DNA of 62,459 nucleotides, filler included, from an uncultured Methanosarcinales archaeon (GTDB taxonomy: Archaea; Nanobdellota; Nanobdellia; Woesearchaeales; CAYMBN01), in NCBI GenBank assembly GCA_964388715.1. It is 7 parts of 7 records of this genome, joined end to end, with 100 filler letters (N's around TTAATTAATTAA, not from the genome) between each part and the next. Parts side by side here need not be neighbours in the genome. Positions count along the whole stretch, not along the records: positions 1 to 16,687 come from CAYMBN010000016.1; positions 16,788 to 28,915 come from CAYMBN010000018.1; 5 more parts are not named here. One strand, given 5' to 3'. This document shows, in pieces, positions 10,385 to 20,700 of this stretch; the first letter of the stretch is position 1; the number at the start of each line of letters is the position of its first letter. Both the position numbers and the translations under genes were made by a program. A model generated the notes under the pieces. It was given only the letters and a program-made list of their open reading frames with translations, ran no database searches and was not told the DNA's origin.

Positions 10385-10440
10385 AAACTTTTGGGAAATT
10401 CCATTTTCCAAAAGGTTTAAAAATCTTTTAGATTTTTAAA
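10385..10440. terminator. Two tandem inverted repeats (possible terminator or operator)
   Basis: aaacttttgggaaat/attttccaaaaggttt (10385-10418, imperfect) and tttaaaaatct-ttt-agatttttaaa (10416-10440, perfect 11-bp arms), just after the stop of 10444-11040. Confidence 0.4.
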
Positions 10441-10443
10441 ATT

Positions 10444-11040
10444 TTACTCCCATTCAATTCCTTTAAATTGATATTTGGAAGCAATGAGTATTAAATCAAT
10501 TAACCACCACACACCAAAACCACCAAATGTGATTAATTTTAGTATTCCTAAACCAATATGACCTAATATAAACCTATCAACACCAAAACTACCAAAAAAG
10601 ATAGACATAACAAGCACTAAAACCCAATTAAGTTTTCTTGTTCCACTACTTTTCTTTGCCTGTTCTTTCTTCTTAACATACAAAACACCATCTTCAATCT
10701 TTGCATCACCTTTCTCCATTAGTTTTACAATTCTGACACTAGCACCAGCAGATGTTGCAATAACAAGAAAATATCCTGGAGCAGGATTACGGAAAATACC
10801 AGCCATTACAAATATAACAATAAATCCAACAACAAGATATTTTATACCTTTACCAATTAAACCCAAATAAAAAAAACCTCCACCAGGAAGAATATTTAAT
10901 ATTAAAGTAAGAAATACATTCTTTTTACTAGATTTAGTACTTACCCATTTATCGTCCTTTTTCTTGACAATCTTTGCACCGCAATCAGGACAAAATCCAT
11001 CATCATCATTTAACCTAGCACCACATTTTTGACAATTCAC
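10444..11040 (-). CDS. Zinc-ribbon + TM2-domain (NINE-type) membrane protein
   Basis: N-terminal CQKCG..FCPDCG zinc ribbon and C-terminal TM2 motif SIFFGSFGVDRFILGHIGLGILKLITFGGFGVWWLIDLI. Confidence 0.8.
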   Translation of the reverse strand: MNCQKCGARLNDDDGFCPDCGAKIVKKKDDKWVSTKSSKKNVFLTLILNILPGGGFFYLGLIGKGIKYLVVGFIVIFVMAGIFRNPAPGYFLVIATSAGASVRIVKLMEKGDAKIEDGVLYVKKKEQAKKSSGTRKLNWVLVLVMSIFFGSFGVDRFILGHIGLGILKLITFGGFGVWWLIDLILIASKYQFKGIEWE

Positions 11041-11612
11041 GTTATACCACCCTTAACTTCTGTATTATTTGGAACAACAATATCAACACTTTCATTTTCT
11101 ATCTCAGGTTGTACTTGTTCAACCTTTTCTTTTGTAATATACTGTTCAATATTCATATCATATCCACCTGTATAAATCAAAAGTAACATCAAAACAAGTC
11201 CAACAAAAATAGCAGGCATAAATGGATAAGTTTTTTTTCTTAATATTTTTGAATAAACTATTCTTAGAAGAAATTTATCAATTAATAATACAAAAACAAC
11301 AAAAAGAATTACATGAAACAGTGAAAAAAGAAACACAATTGGCATCATTGCAATTATATCACCATTAGCTAACTTAAAGCCAAGCAGATTAAAGTGAAGC
11401 AATATATACAAAACAACACCAAATCCTACCCTATAGTAAACACTAGGATCACCTTTGTAAAACAAATATCCAAACAAAACTAAAGCAATCAATCCCCAGA
11501 TATAAACAAAAGAAACAGAAGCACTCATCTTTAATAGATCATCAAGTGTAGACACAAGATAAGTTCCCAAGATCAATACCCCAATAATTAAAATTAAATT
11601 TGTACCAAACAT
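11037..11612 (-). CDS. Polytopic membrane protein
   Basis: 191 aa with about 5 hydrophobic segments, abutting both neighbours. Confidence 0.7.
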   Translation of the reverse strand: MFGTNLILIIGVLILGTYLVSTLDDLLKMSASVSFVYIWGLIALVLFGYLFYKGDPSVYYRVGFGVVLYILLHFNLLGFKLANGDIIAMMPIVFLFSLFHVILFVVFVLLIDKFLLRIVYSKILRKKTYPFMPAIFVGLVLMLLLIYTGGYDMNIEQYITKEKVEQVQPEIENESVDIVVPNNTEVKGGIT

Positions 11613-12632
11613 TTAAGCCCTTGCCCCACATTTAGTGCAAAATTTCTTACCTTTTTTTAATTCAGCACCACACTTTCTACAAAACTTAGGTCCTTTCTTT
11701 TTACTAACTTTTTCCTTTTCCTCAAGCTCTTCTAAAAAGTTAAGATACTCTTCTTTGAAAAGTCTATCATCAAAATCAAAACTACCAAGCTTCTTTTTTA
11801 TACGTCTTTTCATACCACCTAATGAAGGTGCACTTTTCTTTGAAGTAATATGATCATCAACAGCATTAATAGCTTTCCTTATTCTATTCCTTTCTCTTCT
11901 TTTAGTTGTATTTTCCTTTTCTTTACTTGCAGCAGCTTTATCACGTCTTGTTTCACGCTCATGTCTCAACTTTTTACCATATATGCTTCCAAGCACTAGT
12001 AAAACAATAATCACAATAATCACAAAAGTCCAGACCACATTAGCCCATTTAACATTCCGTTCATATCCTTGTCCAACAGTTGGGCATATATAAGATGAAT
12101 AAATATTATTATTAGGAATTCCACAATCACTACAACAGTTTTCACTTGTTTCACCTATTTCTGCACTACATTTTTCATCTCCGCAAGAAAGCAATTCAAT
12201 TGTTTTTTCTTCAACCTCAAGTGAATGTGCTGTACCTTGATAAACATATTCTATTTTCGCTGTTAAAGGAACTTCAACAGGATTATTACCTTCAAGATAA
12301 ACAACAATATCTTTTGAACCTTTCTCAGCAAAGTTAACAGTTGCAGTACATGAATAACCAGAACATGATTCAGCACCTTCACCACCTGTAAAAGAAACAC
12401 CAGAACCAACAGTCATAATAATCTGCATTTTATAAGCTTCATCAAGTTTATTAACAACACCAATTGTAACCTTTAACCTCTCACCTACCTCTGCAATCAG
12501 GTTATCAGTTGTAATATCAGCACTTAATGCTTCAAAACATTTTCCATTATAACAAAAATCACTTTCACACTGGAAATCACATGCACAAGGATCATTCAAG
12601 CTTGAACCTTTTATCTTAACACATTTATTCAT
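11613..12632 (-). CDS. C-terminal part of a split Cys-rich surface protein (Ig-like domain, TM, cytoplasmic zinc ribbon)
   Basis: The frame stays open upstream to 12842 with further Cys-rich sequence and has no signal peptide of its own. It ends FCRKCG..FCTKCG. Confidence 0.65.
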   Translation of the reverse strand: MNKCVKIKGSSLNDPCACDFQCESDFCYNGKCFEALSADITTDNLIAEVGERLKVTIGVVNKLDEAYKMQIIMTVGSGVSFTGGEGAESCSGYSCTATVNFAEKGSKDIVVYLEGNNPVEVPLTAKIEYVYQGTAHSLEVEEKTIELLSCGDEKCSAEIGETSENCCSDCGIPNNNIYSSYICPTVGQGYERNVKWANVVWTFVIIVIIVLLVLGSIYGKKLRHERETRRDKAAASKEKENTTKRRERNRIRKAINAVDDHITSKKSAPSLGGMKRRIKKKLGSFDFDDRLFKEEYLNFLEELEEKEKVSKKKGPKFCRKCGAELKKGKKFCTKCGARA

Positions 12633-12791
12633 ATTACCATAACATTCCTTATAACCTTCAGGACAACCACACTTTGTTTCATGACAAAATGTTGGACAAT
12701 CAACTTCCCTAGTTGTAGGAATCTTTGTTCCTTGACAAGTATGTAAATTAACATTACAATCTCCACCAAACTTCTCTCCTTTCTCTGTTAA

Positions 12792-12873
12792 TATTTTATT
12801 GAGTTTTACTTCATGTTTCCCAATATTCTCTTTCTTTTGTGATTAAAGGGCCTAAGAAATAGGTTATTTTATT
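12792..12873. repeat. 9-bp direct repeat TATTTTATT flanking a 64-bp segment that breaks the reading frame
   Basis: Copies at 12792-12800 and 12865-12873. Removing 73 bp fuses the two ORFs in frame. Confidence 0.5.
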
Positions 12874-13581
12874 ATTTTTACAAGTACCTTCTCCAAACCA
12901 ATTTATTGTTTCTTTACAATCTTGATCACTTACACATTCAACACATTTACTTTTAAAACATTTCAAACCAGAACAATCATTATCAGAAACACATTCAACA
13001 CACTGATGACTTGATTTATCACATACTTTACCACTTCCACAACCAGCATCTTCACAACAATTCCATTGACTTTCTCCTGCATCAATCCTTCCATTACCAC
13101 ACAAATCCCGACACTCTCCATTATTACATTCTTGTTTATATTCACACTGCCTTCCACAAGAACCACAATTATATTTGTCAGTATTCATATCAACTGTTCT
13201 ACCATTGCAACAACTATCTGCTTTACACTTTTCATTCCAATCACAAAATCCATCACCGCAGTGATAAGAATCAGCCCTACATACGTTATGTACACAATGA
13301 CCTGATTCACAATCATTACTCCATGTACAAGCACCGCCATTACAACCTTTACAATCTGCTCCACAACTATTACAATCTTCTCCAGCATCACAATAATTAT
13401 CTCCACAATAAGGATTAGAAGCCCTACATATATTATGCACACAATGTCCACTTGTACATCCTGCATTACCTGAACACCAATAACCATCTGGTTTAGCTAA
13501 AGATCGAGTTAAAGTAGCTGAAACAGTGCCAACACAAGTAAGAATAAGCATCAAAACAATGAGATAAGCTATTTTTTTCAT
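12811..13581 (-). CDS. N-terminal part of a split Cys-rich surface protein (signal peptide + Cys-rich repeats)
   Basis: Signal peptide and duplicated C..GHCVHN.CRA...CGD..CD repeats. It ends in an out-of-character tail just before the downstream in-register frame. Confidence 0.65.
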   Translation of the reverse strand: MKKIAYLIVLMLILTCVGTVSATLTRSLAKPDGYWCSGNAGCTSGHCVHNICRASNPYCGDNYCDAGEDCNSCGADCKGCNGGACTWSNDCESGHCVHNVCRADSYHCGDGFCDWNEKCKADSCCNGRTVDMNTDKYNCGSCGRQCEYKQECNNGECRDLCGNGRIDAGESQWNCCEDAGCGSGKVCDKSSHQCVECVSDNDCSGLKCFKSKCVECVSDQDCKETINWFGEGTCKNNKITYFLGPLITKEREYWET

Positions 13582-13810
13582 AGTATCCTCTTTTTAAATA
13601 TTTAAATTATTGTTATTTATAAATGTTTTGACCAAAAATATGTGCATAGTGGCTGTGCCATTTCTTTGTAAAAAATAAGGATTTGGATCATAAGACAATA
13701 GTGTCAAAAACCTTAATTCAAAAAAGCAGGTTTTTGTATTTTTTACAGGCATGCCACTATTCACATTAACCGAAAAAGATATAAATATGTGGCTTATTTC
13801 TAATCCTATT

Positions 13811-13996
13811 ATGGCAATGAAAAAATGCAATTTTTGCGAAAACAAAGTACCAGAAAATGGCCAATGTAACAAATGTGGTTTTATAGATGGTTTAAACAGA
13901 CCACCAAGTGATAACGAATTTAAACAAGCAAGAGATGTTAATACAAAACATAATTATGATCAATTTGAAAACATTGACATGCTATTATTAGATTAA
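13811..13996 (+). CDS. Small zinc-finger protein
   Basis: Motif CNFC...CNKCG. Start chosen at ATG 13811, in frame with the 13751 ORF. Confidence 0.55.
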   Translation: MAMKKCNFCENKVPENGQCNKCGFIDGLNRPPSDNEFKQARDVNTKHNYDQFENIDMLLLD

Positions 13997-14349
13997 ATTT
14001 CTTTCATACCATCTTTAGTTAAAGCTATCAATCTAATACCTAATCCAAGCTTTAACAATGCAGACAACATTGCCATATGTTCTTTACCAGAACCAGAAAC
14101 AAAATTAATAGCAACATCAGTATCTCTTACTTTTCCTTGTAACTGACTTTTAATACTTTCAACCAGTTCTTCTATTCCCATTCTATCATTAATAACAATC
14201 AATTCAATTGGTTTTTCAGAACTAAACTTTTCCCTACCAAACTCATTAGTCACCAAAAAGATCTTTTCCCAATCATGTTCATTAATAAGTCTAGCAACAT
14301 GTCCCCAAGTACCTTTCCCAGTTGACAAACAAGCTATTAACGATGTCAT
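13993..14349 (-). CDS. Stand-alone CARF-like (Rossmann-fold) protein
   Basis: 118 aa. LIACLSTG, IFLVT and VAINFVSGSGKE resemble the CARF beta1, beta2 and N-x-T/S-G-G-x-K motifs. Confidence 0.55.
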   Translation of the reverse strand: MTSLIACLSTGKGTWGHVARLINEHDWEKIFLVTNEFGREKFSSEKPIELIVINDRMGIEELVESIKSQLQGKVRDTDVAINFVSGSGKEHMAMLSALLKLGLGIRLIALTKDGMKEI

Positions 14350-14382
14350 AATAAATAAGAAAACTAACTTTTATTTAAAGTT

Positions 14383-16077
14383 TTATTTTTTAGGTAGAAC
14401 CATTCCAGAACTTTCTCCTGTCATGATTACTTTCTTGTTATTTATGAATATTGAATATACTTTATGACTATGTCCTGTTTCATCACTTTCTCTTAAGTAA
14501 TATCTAAATAAGACTAATTTATAACTATCACCTATCTTAGGAGCTTCAGCATTAGGATCTATTTTAACTGTTTGTTTTTTATAAACCAAATTCTTTTCTT
14601 TTAATTGGTCTTCACCATAAACTTGTTTAAAATATTCAACAAGATTTCCTGCAATTGCACTTTCCATTACTTTAAAGTCAACAACATCAGGATCTCTCCC
14701 TATAGATTCATTATAATCTCTAACATCCTCTTCAGTAAGAACTCTTTCAACAATCATAACATCATCAGTATAGAATCTACTGTCTCCTCTTGCCTCAACA
14801 TCCTTATTTTTGTCAATATGTAACAAAAGATCAGCTAATTCTGTTTTATTTTCATCATATTTAGGAAGACCATACCTCATCATCTCTTTCCACACAGCTT
14901 TAATTTTTTTAGAGTATTCCCCTTTTTGAAGATCCATCAATAAATTACTAATCTTTATCAATGAAAACTCATTTTCTTTTGAATCAGTCTTTTCTTTTAG
15001 CACCATTAAATCACTAACACACTCAGGAACAGAACCAGAAAATTTTATTTCACCTTCATCTACTTTTCCATTTTTTACAAAGGAATACTTAAGCTTGATT
15101 ACTTCTTCCTCCTTTAACAATACAAACTTAACATTAGGATCCTTTAATACATAACTAGCAAAAATAGTCCTTGAGGCTACAACATCTTTATTTTTCTGGA
15201 AAGCATCATGATTAAGTAAAGTTTCCAATATTTTATAGTAATTACTTTTAAGATTGGTTGCTCTTTCAGGAATATAACCCCATAATTCATTTAATATTTG
15301 ATCATATACTTTTTTAAAATTAAAAAAGCTCCCTATAGTATAAATTTGTCCCTCTGCTAATGGAACAAATACTGTTTTATTATCTGTTCCTTGTTTTCTT
15401 TCAAATCCAATTTTAAAATTATATCTTAATCTACAATTTTTTTGTAAAGTTGGTTTGTCATCAATTTTAGTTATTACTTCAACTCCTGGTTCAACTACAT
15501 TATCACCAATATCAACAATTAGTGTACCATGACCAGCATCTGTTACTTTTTCTCCCCCTTGATAAGTAAGCCTTCCCCTACCAACAATTGACATATCTCT
15601 TAAACTATAAACAAGGTCAACAACTGTTTCGTCTTCTGGAATTTCTCTCCATATGTCAAGGGAAAGACTCATATTACCTGGCATGACTGCTGCTTCTATT
15701 ACCATATCATCAAGTTCATTTTTTCCTTCTAAGAATAATCCAAATGCTTCACTATACATACTTTGAGTAGCATTAGATATTGTATTTGCAGTATCACCAA
15801 GTGGCATTGTAAAATCATCATCAATTAAATCAAGAGAATTATAACACACTGGTTTTACAATAGGTTTTATTCCTTGTTCCTGAGCCTTTGTTAAAGAATA
15901 AAAGTTATTCCCAATAAATCTAAACATTAATTTAGGATTTCTTTTAGCCAGATCAAGAACATCCTTATATGCATAGATAGCTGCTTCAGAATCAGCATGT
16001 ATTGGATTTTTATCTCCAACTGCCTTAACAAACTTAAGGATCTTCTCTAATGTTACTATTGTTCTATATTCTGCCAT
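14383..16077 (-). CDS. MaoC-like (hot-dog fold) dehydratase/hydratase-domain protein
   Basis: N-terminal VTLEKILKFVKAVGDKNPIHAD is the MaoC D-x-N-P-I-H motif. A second degenerate hot-dog-like unit (LTEEDVRDYNESIG...KIGDSYKL) lies near the C-terminus. Confidence 0.6.
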   Translation of the reverse strand: MAEYRTIVTLEKILKFVKAVGDKNPIHADSEAAIYAYKDVLDLAKRNPKLMFRFIGNNFYSLTKAQEQGIKPIVKPVCYNSLDLIDDDFTMPLGDTANTISNATQSMYSEAFGLFLEGKNELDDMVIEAAVMPGNMSLSLDIWREIPEDETVVDLVYSLRDMSIVGRGRLTYQGGEKVTDAGHGTLIVDIGDNVVEPGVEVITKIDDKPTLQKNCRLRYNFKIGFERKQGTDNKTVFVPLAEGQIYTIGSFFNFKKVYDQILNELWGYIPERATNLKSNYYKILETLLNHDAFQKNKDVVASRTIFASYVLKDPNVKFVLLKEEEVIKLKYSFVKNGKVDEGEIKFSGSVPECVSDLMVLKEKTDSKENEFSLIKISNLLMDLQKGEYSKKIKAVWKEMMRYGLPKYDENKTELADLLLHIDKNKDVEARGDSRFYTDDVMIVERVLTEEDVRDYNESIGRDPDVVDFKVMESAIAGNLVEYFKQVYGEDQLKEKNLVYKKQTVKIDPNAEAPKIGDSYKLVLFRYYLRESDETGHSHKVYSIFINNKKVIMTGESSGMVLPKK

Positions 16078-16198
16078 ATTAAGCGAAATTCGTGTTTACT
16101 TTTTAAATATTTCTATATTTTTGCCTTATTTCACAAATTAACAAAATTTTTAAAACAGCCCATATTGACACACTAAAAAGAGGTTCTAAAGGCTTAAA

Positions 16199-16687
16199 AT
16201 GCAAAGATTACAAACTTACCAAGAAGATGAACAAAAACTAATAAATTTTGTTAAAGAATTGTCAAATTATAAAGAGCAATTGACTATAAAAGATCCTGTT
16301 TCTGTTCAAGGAAAAGCTGTCTTTAATAGTACTCCTGTTACTGTTACATTTAAACCTGCCACTATCAATCATGGCATTGCATTTTACAAGGATGGATTAA
16401 GAGTAGATGCAAGTATTGACAATGTGGTAAGCACAGACATGTACATCACCCTAGGTTCAAAAACACCATTAAACATAGAATATCTTCTAAGTAATGTTAG
16501 TAATAATTTATTCATGAAAGCTATCGATTTTTCCCTCAAAATTTCACACAAATTATTAGGATTTTACGATCCACATCAGATCAATATTGTTGAACATATT
16601 TTAGCAACTATCTATGGATTAGGAATTGATAATTTGGAAATACACCTAAACAATAATCAATTACCCATATTTAATGATGGTTCTTTA
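16199..16687 (+). CDS. lpxC: UDP-3-O-acyl-N-acetylglucosamine deacetylase (LpxC) homologue, 3'-truncated by the contig end
   Basis: QLTIKDPVSVQG..VTVTFKPA..NHGIAF...IVEHILATIYGLGIDNLEIHL...LPIFNDGS aligns by eye to the LpxC N-terminal half (QRTL..G.GLH..V.L.L.PA..N.G; TVEHL.AAL.GLGIDN...IPIMDGS). Confidence 0.8.
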
Positions 16688-16787
16688 NNNNNNNNNNNNN
16701 NNNNNNNNNNNNNNNNNNNNNNNNNNNNNNNTTAATTAATTAANNNNNNNNNNNNNNNNNNNNNNNNNNNNNNNNNNNNNNNNNNNN
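16688..16787. other. Artificial contig spacer (N44-TTAATTAATTAA-N44)
   Basis: 100-nt linker carrying stop codons in all six frames. Confidence 0.98.
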
Positions 16788-19700
16788 GTTCCACATTGTT
16801 GAGTTAGTTCTTCATCAACTTGATTATCACAATCATTATCAAGTCCATCGCAAACTTCTTCACTTGGATTAATATCTCCATTACATTCTTGCCATATTCC
16901 TTGTTCACAAACTTTAATACCAAATTTACATTGTCCAATGTTAGATATTCCACATTGTTGAGTTAGTTCTTCATCAGTTAAAGTGTCACAATCATTATCA
17001 ATTCCATCGCAAACTTCTTCACTTGGGTTGATATCACCATTACATTCTTGCCATACACCTTGTTCACAAGTTTGGACACCAAATTGACATTGTCCAATTT
17101 TTGAAGTTCCACATTGTTGTATTAATTCTTCATCAATTGAGGAATCACAATCATTGTCTATTCCGTCGCATATCTCTTTACTTGGATCTGTGTTTCCAGA
17201 ACATTGAGACCATTCGCCAAGATTACAGGTTTGAGTACCAAATTTACATTGTCCAATGTTTGAAGTTCCACATTGTTGTGTTAGTTCTTCATCAATTTGT
17301 CCATCACAATCATCATCAACATTATTGCATGTTTCATCTTTTGGAGTTATCTCACCAATGCATTCTTGCCATTTTCCATTTTCACATGTTTGTATGCCTG
17401 TTTGACAAAGACCTTCACTAGATCCACAAACTTGTTTTTGCCCATTTAAACATTCACATTCAATATTATTATCAACTGAGTCATCACAATTATCATCAAT
17501 TCCATTACATGTTTCAATTGAAGGTATAATTTCATCTATACAACCAGACCATTCTCCGTTTTCACATGTTTGAGTACCTTTTTGACAAGAACCTATATTA
17601 GAACCGCATTGTTGAGTAATGTCTTCATCAACAGTACCATCACAATCATTATCAGTTCCATCGCAAACCTCGGTTGAAGCATCTATGTTACCTAAGCATT
17701 CTGACCATATTCCAGCAGCGCAGAATTGTGTTCCAAATTGACATTGTCCTGTGTCAGATGATCCACATTGTTGAATTAATTCTTCGTCAACTTGTTGATC
17801 ACAATCATTATCAAGATTGTCACAAATTTCAGTGTTAGGTTCAACATTACCTGAACATTCTAACCATTGTCCTGCTTCACATGTTTGTAGTCCTAATTTA
17901 CATTCTCCAACATTAGATGTTCCACATTGTTGTGTTAGTGCATCATCAATTGCACCGTCACAATCATTATCAAGGTTGTCACAGATTTCAACACTTGGTT
18001 CAATATCACCAATACATTCTCCCCAATTTCCATTATTGCATGTTTCTGTTCCTAGTTTACATTGACCAACATCACTTACTCCACATGTTTGTGTTAAATC
18101 TTCATCAATTATATTGTCACAATCATTATCAAATCCATCACAAACTTCTGTGCTAGGTTCAATATTACCAGAGCAACCTGACCATTCACCACTGTTACAT
18201 GTTTTAGTGCCAAATTGGCATTGTCCAGTGTCAGATGATCCACATTGTTGTATTAAATCTTCATCAACTTGTTCATCACAATCATTATCAATATTGTCAC
18301 AGATTTCTGTAGAAGCTTCAATTTTACCAATACATTCTCCCCAATTTCCATTACTACATGTTTGTGTACCTAGTTTACATTGTCCAATATTGCTTGTTCC
18401 ACATTGTTGAGTTAAATCTTCATCAATTAAACCATCACAATCATCGTCAATACCATTACATGTTTCATCAATTGGTTTTATTTCACCTATACACTCTTGC
18501 CACAATCCGTTTTCACATGTTTGTGTTCCTGTTTGGCAAGCTCCTGCATCAGATCCACAAGTTTGTTGTTCATTATTTAAACATTCACAATAAATATCCT
18601 CATCAACTTGCTCATTACAATTGTCATCAAGTCCATTACATATTTCTGTTGTTGGGGTTATTTCATTAACACATAATGACCATGCATTATTTTCACATGT
18701 TTGGATTCCTTTTTGGCATATACCAATATTAGAACCGCATTCTTGAGTAATTTCTTCGTCAGTTAAGGTGTCACAATCATTATCAAGTCCATCACAGATT
18801 TCATTATCTGGTTCAATGTTTCCTATGCAATTAGACCATTCACCTTGATTACAAGTTTGAGTACCAAATTGACATTCTCCAGTGTCAGATGAACCACATT
18901 GTTGAATTAATTCTTCGTCAACTTGTTGATCACAATCATTATCAAGATTATCACAGGTTTCAACAATAGGTTCAATGTTACCTATACAACCTGACCATTC
19001 ACCTTGGTTACAGGTTTGAGTACCAAATTGACATTGTCCTGTATTGGATGATCCACATTGTTGAGTAAGATCTTCATCAACTTGTTCATCACAGTCATTA
19101 TCAATATTATCGCAAGTTTCATCAATTGGAGTTATTTCACCAACACATTCTTGCCATAATCCATTTTCACATGTTTGTATACCTGTTTGACATGCTCCAA
19201 TATCAGATCCACAAGCTTGTTGTTGACCATCTAGACATTCACAATATATGTTGTTGTCTACTTTGTCATCACAATCATCGTCAATACCATTACATGTTTC
19301 TGTTGTTGGGATTATTTCATTTACACATAAAGACCAGGCATTATTTGCGCATGTTTGGATTCCTTTTTGGCAAGCACCAATGTTTGATCCACATTCTTGT
19401 GTAATTTCATCATCAATTATATTGTTACAATCATTATCAAGTCCGTCACAGATTTCAACAGATGCTTCTATTTTACCAATGCATTCTCCCCATTCTGCAT
19501 CAACACATGTTTGAGTGCCAAATTGACATTGACCTATGTCGCTTGATCCACATTTTTGAATGAGTTCTTCGTCAACTTGTCCATTGCAATCATTATCAAG
19601 TCCATCACAAAGTTCAACAGAAGCATCAAATTTACCAATACAATCACCCCAATTTCCAAGACTACATGTTTGAGTACCAAATTTGCATTCTCCAATATCA

Positions 19701-20700
19701 GTTGTTCCACATTGTTGTGTTAAATCTTCATCAACTTGATTATCACAATCATTATCAATATTATCACAAACTTCTTTACTGGATGAGATGTTGCCAAAAC
19801 ATTCTGACCATTCTCCACTTACACATGTTTGAGTGCCAAACTCACATTGACCAATGTTAGTTGTTCCACATTGTTGTGTTAATCCTTCATCAATTTGTCC
19901 ATTGCAATCATTATCAAGTCCATCACAAATTTCATCAGTAGGTTCAATGTTACCTATACAACCAGACCATTCACCATTGTTACAGGTTTTTTGTCCATAC
20001 TTGCATTCTCCAGTGTTGCTTGTACCACATTGTTCTGTTAGATTATCATCAATCTCACCATCACAATCATCATCAAGATTATTACATGTTTCATTAATAG
20101 GATTAATATTTGGAATTTCAATTTCCCAGAAACCGTTTATACATTGTTTTGTACCTAGTTTACATTCACCAATACTGGATATACCATATTCTTGTGTTAA
20201 TCCTTCATCAATCTCTGTGTTACAGTTATCATCAAGATTATTACATGTTTCATCTCTTGATTTAATTTCACCTTCGCATTCAGTCCAATTGCCTTTAATA
20301 CATGATTTTATACCAAATGTACAAATTCCAATATCAGATTCACCACAAATTTCTACTAATTCTTCATCAATAGCACCATCACAATCATTATCTAATCCAT
20401 CACAGATTTCTTGGGTAGGGTTAGTGGCTCCTATGCAAACAGACCATTCACCTTCACTACAAGTCATTGTGCCTAGTTCACATTCACCAATGTTTGAGCC
20501 ACATGGTTTAATCAGGCTTTCATCTGTTTCACCATCACAATCATTATCTAAATTATCGCATGAGGTTTCATTAGACTCGTAGTCATTTCCATATTGATTT
20601 GTATCACAACCAAGCCAAATGTTGTCAGTACAAATTTGTTTACTTTCTTCACAAACGCCCTGAGTTAATGGGCAATCTTTTTGTTCATTATCATTACATT
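16788..20700 (-). repeat. Tandem array of >=24 ~53-aa (~159-bp) coding repeats E.CDG.DNDCD..VDE.L.Q.CG.S..G.C..G.Q.C..G.W..C.G
   Basis: 24 DNDC/DDDC/DDNC units counted by eye, resembling the putative metal-binding (Cu-binding MopE-like) motif. The contig breaks inside near-identical terminal copies. Confidence 0.9.

Noticed and set aside
16788..20700. CRISPR array or DGR template/variable repeats
   Set aside because: The repeats are in-frame coding units with synonymous-type divergence and no unique spacers. No cas or reverse transcriptase gene is in the window.
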